DNA from: Thermoplasmata archaeon | GTDB lineage: Archaea > Thermoplasmatota > SW-10-69-26 > JACQPN01 > JAJPHT01 | Direction of reading: 5' to 3' | NCBI GenBank assembly: GCA_034667685.1 | Contig: JAXDQU010000042.1 | Coordinates: 1-62,636, forward strand | Length of the DNA: 62,636 bases | Shown here: positions 9,525-20,400 of the stretch, one piece after another | Layout: each line of letters begins with the position of its first letter | How positions within the stretch are numbered: position 1 is the first letter of the stretch | Notes under the pieces: model-generated | Told to the model about the DNA's origin: nothing | The model's input: the letters and a program-made list of their open reading frames with translations, nothing else | The model's database searches: none | Translations under genes and position numbers: made by a program

Positions 9525-10117
9525 TTACGGGTGCTGGCCCGGCCAGGTAAGCGGGAAGATTTCATCACAGCCGGCGATGGACTTGTCCTGGACCCCCGCT
9601 CCACTGTAGCACGGAAAACTGTAATCCCAGACCCACGGCGTCGCACCGTCTCCGGCAAAATATTCGACGTCTGAGCTGAATCTGTACTGCCATGTCGGGG
9701 CCGGGCTTCGGTCGAATCTGATGTGGAAGGTCGTGTTCCACCACTGCCGGGGTGCAATCACATCCGTTGCGTTGAATAGAAAGGAGGCCCCAGGTCCCCG
9801 CCCTGTAGGTCCATCAACAATGACCCCCTCGATGGTGTCTCCTCCGTCGCCCGGAACAACCACCGGCGAGATGGCGGCCGAAGCAACGGACTCCTTCTTG
9901 TCGTGATCTCGGGGGGGAAGTGGATGGGCGCGTCGCCGGCATTGAGGAAGTCCAGGTGGACAATGGCCGTGCCATTGCTTCCGAAGTCCAGGCGACCATG
10001 AGGCTGAAGTGGTCCTGTCTTGCGCGCCGGGTCGAGAAGGCAACCGGGAGCCACCACTATGCCTGCTATCAGACATACTATCAGCAAGCTGCTTCTTCTA
10101 TGGAGCTTTCTTACCAT
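9525..10117 (-). pseudogene. Lipoprotein paralog 3, frameshifted in a C7 tract
   Basis: N-part (VAPGC, GPLQPHGRLDF) and C-part (SFLFNATDVIAP..PCY..GCDEIF) lie in different frames, switching at G7 9911-9917. Confidence 0.85.
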
Positions 10118-10270
10118 AGGTCCGATCCGCCAACGATGATGAATTGGATTGTTGCCTTCGATGCGCCAACCGCACCATCCCGGAAGAAGGTGATACTCGT
10201 CGTCGTATCCTTCTTCGCGCCCACCAAGGCCGCCGACGTAATGTCCAAGCTGCTCGCGGCGATGCTCAAT
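10111..10270 (-). repeat. Orphan diverged copy of the 3' end of the giant gene (11459-11633)
   Basis: Encodes SIAASSLDITSAALVGAKKD..TFFRDGAVGAS..GSDLW*; 15-nt in-frame deletion relative to the original. Confidence 0.95.
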
Positions 10271-10282
10271 TCATCACCTGCG

Positions 10283-10864
10283 CTACACCCGAGTGGGAAC
10301 GTGCGGGGTGCCAATCGTCTCATCGCAGCCCGGCGCGTGCTCTATGAGCTCGCCTGCGCCATCGTAGCACGGGAACCAGTATTCCCAGTGCCACGGAGCG
10401 GTGTCGTCTCCTACAAAATACGTAACGGTCGCGCTAAACTCGTAGCGCCAAGACGGCTCGGGCTGCTGATCAAACCCTATTTCGAAGGTTGTATTCCACC
10501 ATGAATGTGGGCCGATCACGTCTGATGCGTTGAACAAGAAGGACTTGCCGAGCCCCTTGCCAGTGGGTCCGTAGATGATCTTGCCGTGAATCGTGCCATT
10601 GCTCTCGCGGGTTGGGTTCACGAGCGTGTCGATGGCCGCCTCGGCCGTGGGCTCCTTCGGATCGAAGGCCCTGTGAGGGAAGTGGACGGGTTCGTCGGCG
10701 GCGTTATAAAAGTCCAGATGGGCGAACAACGTGCCGTTGGTACTGAACTCGAGGCGACCTTGGTGCTGAAGCGGGCCAATCTTGTCGGTTGGGTCACGCA
10801 GGCAACCCGCGCACACGATCAATGCGGCCAGCACGAGGATGGAGAAAGATGCCCACTTCAGCAC
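10283..10864 (-). CDS. Lipoprotein paralog 2
   Basis: Lipobox VCAGC; GPLQHQGRLEF, FLFNASDVI, PCY..GCDE shared with neighbours. Confidence 0.88.
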   Translation of the reverse strand: MLKWASFSILVLAALIVCAGCLRDPTDKIGPLQHQGRLEFSTNGTLFAHLDFYNAADEPVHFPHRAFDPKEPTAEAAIDTLVNPTRESNGTIHGKIIYGPTGKGLGKSFLFNASDVIGPHSWWNTTFEIGFDQQPEPSWRYEFSATVTYFVGDDTAPWHWEYWFPCYDGAGELIEHAPGCDETIGTPHVPTRV

Positions 10865-10866
10865 TC

Positions 10867-11439
10867 CTACCCCAGCCAGTGCGCGCCGAAGATTTCGTCG
10901 CAGCCCTCAATCGACGCGTCCAGAGCGCCAAAGCCATTGTAGCACGGCAAATCATATAGCCAATGCCGCGCGACCGTGTCGTTACCAGTGTAGTATGTGA
11001 CCGTGACACTGAAACGATATTGCCACGATGGCGCGGGATGGTGATCGAACCTAATGTGGAAGGTAGTATTCCTCCACGCATGCGGAGCGATCACGTCTGA
11101 TGCATTGAAGAGGAACCCTTTGCCGAGGCCATTACCCAGCGGGCCATCGACGATAATGCCATTGATAGATTGATTACTACCATCACCTGGAACGACGAGC
11201 GTGTCGATAGATGGGTCCGCGACCTTCTCATTCTTGTCGAATGCGCGCGGAGGGAACCTGACGGGCAGGTCGCCCGCATTGTAGAAATCCACATGAGTCG
11301 TCACGGTGTCGTTTGGGCCAAAGTCGAGGCGGCCGTGCGGTTGGAGGGGGCCGACTTTGTTCTTCGGATCAAGGACGCACCCAGAACCGACGACCGCCAC
11401 GGCAAGCAGCAGTAGCGCCAGCGAGCGCAGGCGCGTCAT
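10867..11439 (-). CDS. Lipoprotein paralog 1
   Basis: MTRLRSLALLLLAVAVVGSGC lipobox; same family motifs. Confidence 0.88.
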   Translation of the reverse strand: MTRLRSLALLLLAVAVVGSGCVLDPKNKVGPLQPHGRLDFGPNDTVTTHVDFYNAGDLPVRFPPRAFDKNEKVADPSIDTLVVPGDGSNQSINGIIVDGPLGNGLGKGFLFNASDVIAPHAWRNTTFHIRFDHHPAPSWQYRFSVTVTYYTGNDTVARHWLYDLPCYNGFGALDASIEGCDEIFGAHWLG

Positions 11440-11458
11440 GAACTGCACCCTGCTTGCA

Positions 11459-14400
11459 TTACCATAGGTCCGATCCTGCCACGTATTGGACACCGTCAAT
11501 CACGAACTGGATTGTCGCTTGCGATGCTCCAACCGCGCCGTCCCGGAAGAAGGTGATGCCCGTCGTCGCATCCTTCTTCGCTCCCACCAAGGCCGCCGAT
11601 GTAATGTCCAAGCTGCTCGCTGCGATGCTCAATCCATTCTGGCCCCACCTCGCACCCACTTGGATCGCACTCGCCGACGCGGAAGGAATGTCGAAGAAGT
11701 GCGGCGTGGCGGGCGCTCCCTTGGCACCATCGAGGTCAATCTGGATCTCGGCGTTTTGTCCCGTGACCTTCTCCCAGATGAAATGGCTGCCGTCCACAAC
11801 GAAGTCTAGAGCCATCCCCGTGGGACCTTCCGCGCTGAACTTCGCCGTGCCAGCCTGTGCGAGGAGTTGGGTGAGTTTGGAGTCCTTGTCGGCGGCCAGA
11901 GGCACCGTGAGATTCAGGGTAGTTCCAACGAGAACTTGGATCGTCGCGGCGTCGTGCACTGGCTTGGCATCAGCCTCGATCCACGGAACGGGGTTCGTCG
12001 CCGAGATGCCGTACATAGCGAAGTGGGCGGCGATGTCGGTGGGCATGCTCGGGATCAAGATACGAACGTTCCCATCCGCGACATACACGCGCAAAGGCGA
12101 ATGCAAGCGAAGCTTCAAGTTGTCCACTGAAATGCCGCCGACTATCCCTGCCATCGTGATCTTGGCGTCCGTCACATCTTCGAGCCGAAGCGCGAGTTCG
12201 ACGTTTCCTGTGCTGTGGTAGTCGAACTCGTTCGGTTCGGAGCCGTCCCACGCGATTTTTCCGTTGTCGGCGAGGCCGACCATGAGATCGCCAACGTTCA
12301 GGTGAGGGGCATCGACGACGAAGTGCGGAAACGGCACGTCGAAGGGCCCAGCGGGCGAGGACGATGCGGCTGCGCCTCCTGAAGATGGGATGAGGCTCGC
12401 CGTGACATGCAGTCTTCCGATGCGGGCGTCGTTGCTGTCGAGAGTGAGCTTTTCGCTGTTGGTCTGTATCTTGGCGTAGCCTGGGACGTCGGAGCCGTCG
12501 ACAACGAGCTGGTAAGACGTCTTTTCTTGGCCGATGTTCAGGGTCACGGGGATGTCGGTCTGGACGTTGACGTGGCCGAGGTTGGTGGCCGCGTCACTGG
12601 TGTATTCCAGGGTCGTCGTGTTGGTCGCGGGGTCGAATGTATCGCTGATGTCGTAGTCGCCGGCGGGTGCTTGGTCGAGTTGGGCGTAGATTTGGTTGGT
12701 CTGGTTCTGGAAGCTGACGTTGAGGTGCTGGTGGGTCGCCGTGAAGTTCGCCATCACGTGGAAGGGCGAGTCCGGCGTGGCGCAGAAGAGCGCGTCTTCA
12801 AGCCCCTGCACCTTGACGTCGATGCTGGGCCGGCGGGGGTCGTGCAGGTTGATGCTGGCCCATCCGTCACCCGCGCGCAGCGTGGGGCTGCTCTTGGGAT
12901 CCCCGATGCCGGCCTGGAGCTGAGCGCTCGTGAAGCTTCCGTCCGTGGTGAGCTTGAAGGGACAAGCCGAGGGCGCGAACGAGGGCGCGTTCTGTGGGTC
13001 CTCCGCTGCGGTGGATCCGGTGTCGAATTGCACGCTGGTCTGCGCGGGGATGCCTTGGAGCGTTCCTTGGGCGTAGATCGTGTCGGTCGGTTTCACGAGG
13101 CTCAGAGTAACGCTTGGCGCTGTCGTGGCGGTGTCGTCGCGCGTGATGTTGGCGAAGAGCCGCGTGGCCCCGCGGTTGAGGTCGAAGTGGAAGCTGGCTG
13201 GGGCGTTCGTGATGTTGGCGTCGAACCTGTCCCCGTTCTGTCCTTTGGTGACGGCTTGGATGCGTGCGTAGTCGATGCCTGACGAGGCGGTGTACGTGCC
13301 GGTGTAGTAGTTCTGGTGGTTGATCAGCGTGACATCGACGGTCGCGGGGAGGTCCGCGGCGTCGAGGCCGGCCTGGAAGGAGTCGTTCTCGTAGTAGAGG
13401 TGCAGGGGCGCGCTGGTGCGCGTGGAGCTGCTGGCGAGGCTGACCTGGTCGATGCCGTCTTCGTGCGTGATCAGGAGCTTTGTGAGGCCCGCGACGCGCA
13501 GCCAGGCGTGCTGGTTGCTGTTGCTGAGGCTCACGCTGGCCCCTTGGCCCCTATCGACCGGCTGGTACACGTGGCTGCCCTGCGGCGCGGCCAGCACTTC
13601 GCCGGTGAGCTGCCCGGTGGTCGCTTCGTAGTGGAACATGCCCACGCCGGTTGAGTCGAAGGTCTCCAGCATGCTGAAGTCGGCCGGGATCTGCGTGACG
13701 TCGAAGTGGGCGTGCCACCCTTTGGAGGTGAGGGCGTCGCCCACGAAGCCGACATTGTCGGTTGCGCTTGCGCTGCTGTTGTAGTTGAGGCCCTTCCAGG
13801 TGTCGGTGTCGTCGAGCTCGATGAAGACGTGGCTGGGCAGGTTCGTGACGGTGGCGTTCACGCTGTCGCCCGACGTGCTCACGTAGCCGATCGTGCCGCC
13901 GCCGATGCTCGTGCTGGCGGTGAGGTCGAGCATCATGCTCGTCGTGGCGCTGCTGGGCGTGAACGTGCCCGTCAAGGACGAGGGAAGGCTATCGAGAGCG
14001 AGATCTACGCCCATGGCCGAGTGCTGGAAGTGGACCTGCGCGTTGGCGGTGGCGCTGGTCGTGTCGAGCTGGAAGCTGAGCACGCCCGCGTCGCTGCCCA
14101 TCGCATGGAGCACGTGGTCGAGCTTGACGCCCATGCACACGCCGCTGGTCAGGTCGAAGGCGACGCCGGGTGCTGCCATCGTGGGGAAGCCCCGGCATCC
14201 GTTGGCGGCGAGCAGGAAGAGGACGCTGCCGAAGGCGCTGCCGTCCCCCGTCCAGAGCTTGCCCATGGGTGAGGCGGCGTTGTCGTTGTACTCGGCCCAG
14301 AACGTCGCGGGCAAGGTGGTGGCGTCCACGTGGAAGTATTTGTTGCCGGGGATGATGGCGTGCATCCACGCGCTGGTGGTGCCTGCGCCGGCGATCCACG

Positions 14401-17400
14401 TGAGGTTCTTGGCCGTGCCGCCTGGGTAGGTCAGGTCGAGGTTGCCTGGGAGGTCCACGATCTTGCCGGTGAGCGTGACGTAGAGCGTCTGGAGGTCGAG
14501 CTCCATGTTGCGCGTCGTCCCGCCCTTCGTCACGATGTGGTTCTGGCTGGTGTCCACGAGCAGGTCCGTGAGGTCGGTGACGTGGCTGGCCAGGCGCATG
14601 TTCTGCGCCTGGTGGAGCGTGATGTAGTCGCCTGTCCCTGTGTGTTCGAGGCTTTGGCCGGCGTCGGTCATGCTGAAGCTGCCCGTCACGCCGGTCTGCG
14701 CGTGCATGGTAATGCGCGCGACGCCGTTGCCGCCCGAGTCCGTGTTGAGGTAATCGACATAGAGGCTCTTGGGCAGGCTCGAGGTGTTCGCGCGCACGGT
14801 GGTCGTGCCGTTGTTCCATTCCATGACGAGCTTGGACGTGGCGCCGTAGGTGGTCGTGGTGAGGTTGGCGTGCGCGTCCGTCAGGAGGAGGGACACGTTG
14901 AGGATTTGGGGCAGCGTGTCGGCGCTCGCGCGGATGGACGTGTCGCCCTTGGCAATGTCCACGTGGGCCTCCTGGTCGGTCGTGGCGAGGTAGGTGAAGT
15001 TCCGCTTGAGTCCATTGAGGGGATCCGGTGTGAGCCGGGCGCTGAAGTTCTCCAGGTGGGGAAGACGGAAGAAGAACGCGGTGGGGCCCGTGTCATCGAA
15101 CCGTCCGTAGGCAACGGCTCCGCTGAGACCGCTGATCGTGGGGAAGCCGTTGTCCTTGTTGCTGACGAAGGCGGCCTCGAGCGATTGGGCGGCCTGCACG
15201 TTGCCGTTCTTGTCGCTGAGGTTCACCGAGTAGGTGCCGTTGGTGGTATCGCCCTTGACGTCGAGCCACGGCGGTAAGCCCTCCACTCGGACACGCACGA
15301 TGCTCTCGGGCGCTCCGGGAGTCAGGCGCGCGCTGCCGTTGAAGTCGAGGAGAGCCACATTGCTGCTGCTGGTGGCGTTGAACTCGAATCCGGTGGCGCT
15401 CTTGGTCCAGTTGCCGGAAATGAGCGAGGGCAGATTCGTGAAGCTCCACTTGCCTTCGAAGTCGGTGAAGTTGGCGCTGCCCACGCCGCTGAAGGCGTAG
15501 TTGGGCGTGGCATTCCAGCGGAAGCCGTTCGTTGTGAAGCTCATGTTGAGCTCGGGCGGGAGGCTGCCGGTGATGTTTTGGTCGAACCAGCCGCCCTGGT
15601 TGTCCACGTAGCGGATCGTCGCGTCCTGGAGGCTCGCGTTGCTCTTGTAGACGAGCGTCATGGCGTGCGAGCTGAAGTTGCCGTGCAGGTCGGTGACGCC
15701 GCTCGCCCTGATGTGGAACTGGGGGACGTTCGTGCCGCTGACGTTCACGGTGTGCAGTTGGTCGAGGACGAGGTACGTGGTCGTGGTGGGCGTGACGAGT
15801 GTGCCGTCGTTGCCCACGAGGTGCGCTTCGAGCATTCCGGGCGCGCTGCTGGCGTTGTAGTCCACCGTGTAGTGGACCATGTCGGCGTTGAGCGTCAGGT
15901 TCATCGGGAAGCCCTGGAGGTTGAACGCGACGGTGAAAGTCCCGTCACTCATGTTCAGATGTCCGGCGAGGCCGCTCATCTTTTCGGTGGCGTTGTAGAA
16001 GATGGCGAAGTGCGAGGGGTCCTTCTGGATCGTGGCGCTCACGTTCTTGGGAATCCTCGGAAGGTCGCTGGTGAGCCATTGGGCGCCGCTCCCAACCCAG
16101 CGCAAGTGGAAGGGGTTCTGGCTGCCCGTGTCGGTCAGCAGGCTGACGCCCTGGATGCTGGCGCTGAAGCTCGCGCTTCCGAAGTCGCGCAACCGCATGG
16201 CGGTGACGGCGGGTTGGGTCGCGTCGTTGCTGATGATCACGCCATCGTCGTCGCCAAGGCCGGGCGCGGGGGCGCCGCCCTCCATATAGCTGAAGCTTAG
16301 GTCTCGGATGTGGCGGGAGAGGACGGCGTTGGCGGTGATGCTTCCGGTGGGGTAGGAGGCGTCGAAGTTGATGCCGCCGGGAAGGTCGAGCGCGACGATC
16401 TTCAAGTCCGAACTGGGTGTGAGACCGTGACCTTGGACGATGCGCACGGGCTTGTGCATGGTCACGTTCAGGCTGAGGCTGGGCACGTTCATCGCGCTGG
16501 TGAACGAGACGTCATTGGCGCCGCGCGAGTAGGCAACGTCGGCCATGCTAGGCCAGGGGAGGGCGTCGGCATAGATATGCGAGCCGTCCACGCTGTCGAG
16601 CTGGACGGTCAGACGGGGCGCCGGGGCCTGGGCGCTGCGCGTCGCGTTCAGGTGGAAGTTGTTGGAGTAGTCCAGCGTCGTGGTGCCGAGGTTCGTGACG
16701 TGGATCGTGAGGCAAGAGCCGGTCGCGGTGGCGTTGAAGATCAGGTACTCGGTGCTGTTGCCGGCCTGATAGCAAGGCGTCTCGGTGCCCTGGTAGGTTT
16801 GGCTCCAGACGTCAAGTCCGCCCAACGTGGCCGCGCTGCCGCTTGCGCTCAGCGGCGTGAAGAGGGCCGTGCTCGTGTCGCGATTGATGTCCAAGGTGAC
16901 CTGGGCGGGAATGCTCGTCGCGTTCAGGTAGCCGTGCGTGACTTGCGAGCCGGTCGGCGTGGGCGTGTGGCCTTCGAAGGCGACCATGAGCTGGGGGATG
17001 GTGCCGCCGCTGGTGTGCTGCAGTTTGGTTTCGTCGTCGGTCTTGTAGTAGTCGGTCGTGAAGGTGGCGGGCAGGCCGTTGGCGGTGATGTTCACGGACT
17101 CATTCTGGCCGGCGTGCGCGGTGAAGATCTTCGCGTTGAAGACGTTCACGGGGCTGCCGGTCCACTTGACGTGGAACCCGCCCGTCTGCGTCGAGAAGTT
17201 GCCATCCGCCACGCTGGGCGTCTGGTTGAAGGCGAGCTGGACCTCGGCCATCTCGCCGGGGATGATCTGCTTGCCGTTCAGGCCGGGCTCCGTGACGCGG
17301 TAATACGCGGCGACGGGATGCGTCGTGGCGGTGGCGTCGCTGCTCTCGATGTGGAATGAGTAGTAGCTCGAAGCGCCGAGGATCGCGTTTTGGACGGCGT

Positions 17401-20400
17401 TGGTGCCTACGCGGATGTCGAGCCGCGCGGGCAGGCCGGTCTGGTCGTTGCGCGCATCGTCGCCCAACGCAGCGACAATGCCGCTGGAGCCATCGGGCGC
17501 CGCAACGGGCACTTGGACGAAGGCGACAACGAGGACCTTCATGGGCGAGAGGAGGTTGCCCGCCTTCAGGTTCTGGATCTGCACGTCAATCTGCTGCGTG
17601 CCCGTCGCATCGGTCATGGGCTGGGCGGTGACGCTGAGGTCCGCGTTCGTCACGCTCGCGTTGCAGTCACCCGAGAGCGAGATGAAGACGGGGACGCCGA
17701 TGGGGCGGCTCGTGCAGATCGCACCCGTGGGGTTCGACGTGGTGTTCACGATGAGGTTGAACGCGCCACTGTCCACGTTGCGCACCACTGCGGGCGGCAC
17801 GCTCTGCGCGAGCGTGTCGAACGGGTAACCCGAGAGGCCGGTGCTGCCGTAGGCCGACGCGAGGAACTGGGGCAGCACGCTCTGGTTCCAGAAGATGGCC
17901 TTCACGGGCGTGCCGTTGTAGGCGTTGCTGCTCCACGGGTCAGGTGCCTGGGGGCCGCCCTGGGGCAGGTTGAGCGGGTCCTGGAGGACATGCGTGAGGT
18001 TGCTTGGCGAGACGGTGGGCACAACGTAGGTGTCGCTCGACACGTTCAGCGCGCCCAGAGGAAGCGTGCTTGTCAGGCCGGAAATTGGGCCTTGGCCAAG
18101 CGTGTTGGGGAGGACGGTGTCGATCAGGGAGAGCGTGTTGGCGGCGGCGTTCTGCGCGACGCCAACGAGGCACTGCACGGTGCTCGCAGCGGGGCCGGTG
18201 GGGAGATCATGGATGCAATCGGTGGCCTGGATGATCGTCGAGTCCACGTTCCAGACCTGGGAGGTAATGGGCGCCACGACATCGGTGGACGGGTTGATCA
18301 TGGCCGCGAGGTTGCCCACAAGATCCGGCGGGGTCAGAACATCCGTCGAGATGGCTGCGTAGGACGTAAGTTGTTCTTCACCGGTCTGGAGCCAGGTGGC
18401 GGCCGTCTGATCGAGGTCCGTGACTTCCATGTTCGTGGGGTCTTGGCTCTCATAGTCTACGTTGGCCGGGTGGACCGCGCCCCCTCCGACTTCTTGTCCG
18501 TCGGGGATCCCGTTCTTGTTGGTGTCGCTGCTGAGGGGGTCGTCAGGGGGCGACTGGTCGAGCTCGCCCTGGTAGAGGCGCGAGCCGTCGGTCTGGTTGA
18601 TGTACACGATGCCCCCGCCCTCGAAGATCGACCAGCGCGGATCACTTTGGGCGACCTTGATGCTGTGGCCGTCGAGCAGGCCGTCGCCATCGGTGTCGAA
18701 CTGGATAGGGTCCGTGCAGGCTACAGGGCAGAGGCCGTGCATGCCGATCGAGAACTCTTGGCCGTCGGTGATGCCGTCGCCGTCGCTGTCCGCATCGAGC
18801 AGGTTGGTCTTCGTGCCGTCGCCGTCGCGGTCCAGGTGGATCAGATCCTTGCCGGAGTAACTGGCGTTGGTGGCCTCCAGCATCTCCCAGGCCAAGGTCT
18901 CGTTGTAGTCGTCGATGCCGTCTCCGGTGCCGGGCGCGTTGGGGTCCGCCACGGCGGCCTTGTGGGTGCCTTCTTCGGCGGGCGTGAGGCACTTCTCTTC
19001 GACAGGGGCGCAGTCGCTGTCGGTGAACTCGGGGAAGGTTTCTTGCTGGCTGAACTCGGCGTAGTCGTTGATCCCGTCGCCGTCCGAGTCCGAGTTGTGG
19101 ACGGTGGTGGCGCTGTTGCCGCCGGGGAGGGCGTTCCTGCCGTAGGCTTGGGTCATGTCGGGGTCCTGCGCGGCGGCCATGCCGGGCTGGACGTTACCGA
19201 ACGCGGGGTCGTTGTTCGGGTCGTTCCAGTAGTCGTGCTCGGCGCCGTCGTGCCAGCCCTCGTTGGCGTTGCCTTGCGCGTCGGTGCCTTCGTAGTCGAG
19301 CGCGTTGGGGAAGTAGGTCTGCCCGGCCACGGTGAGCGGGCCGATGGGCACGGTGTTCCATCGGTACTCGTCGAACGTGCTCAGGCCGTCGCCGTCGATG
19401 TCTGCGATCGGGTTCTGGAGGAGGGAATCGATGGTGCTCTGGATTTCTGGATGCGCTTTGGCGAGGTCCTTGTAGGGCTTTTCCCATTGGTCGCCCAGGC
19501 CGTCGCCGTCGGAGTCGGCTTGGTAGCCACTGGGGGGGCAGGGGCGCGTGCTGAGCAAGGGCGGGACGTTCGCTGGCGCGCCGCACATCGAGTGCGTGTA
19601 GATGACTCCGGGCACGCGGATGGGTGATCCCTCGGGCGTGATGTACGGGTGCTCGGGATCGTTGAGCAGGAACATGAGGAGCTGATCGCCGTTGCCCACG
19701 GGGCAGGGGTTGAGCCCGATGTCGACGATGGGCGGGCTCACACAGTCGAGCGGGCTGTCGCCCAGGCGGCCGTCGCCATCGTGGTCCACGCCCACCACGA
19801 AAGCAGCGTGGCGGCCGTCGCGCGTGAGGATCATGACGTGGTCTTCGCCCGTGTGCGCGTGGAGGATGCCACCGCCTTGGCCGATCTCGTAGTCGGTGTC
19901 GTTTGCGGCGCCGGGCTCCCAGGCCTGGCAGCCATTGTAAAGCGTGATCGGGCCGCGCGTGTAGAGGCCGGGCACGGCGAGCGAGTAGTGCGTGGGAGAC
20001 GCAGGCAGGCCGGGGGGCACGTCCAGCGGGTCGTCGTAGATCGTGCCGTAGTCTGCCAGGGGCGTGCAGGAGTCAACGCGGAATGGCACGCTGTTCTCGA
20101 CCCACGGGGCGGTCGCGTTGTGACGGACCGCGAGGACGAGCGTGTAGTTGCCGGGGGCGACGTTGGGCGTCTGGAAGCTGGTGCTGATCGCGAAGGTCTC
20201 GTTGCCTTTGTGGCCCGTGTGGTTGGCGCCGCCGTGGCTCAGGATGGCGCCGCGCGGGTTGAGCTGGCCTCCGCGGAGGAGGATCTGCCAGTCGTTGTGG
20301 ACTGGGCAAGCCTGGGACGATCCGCACTGGTTCTCGAAGACGGTGTAGTTGCCCACGACGCTCACGGTGCCGTCGGGGGCCGCATGCGTGGGCGTCTCGG

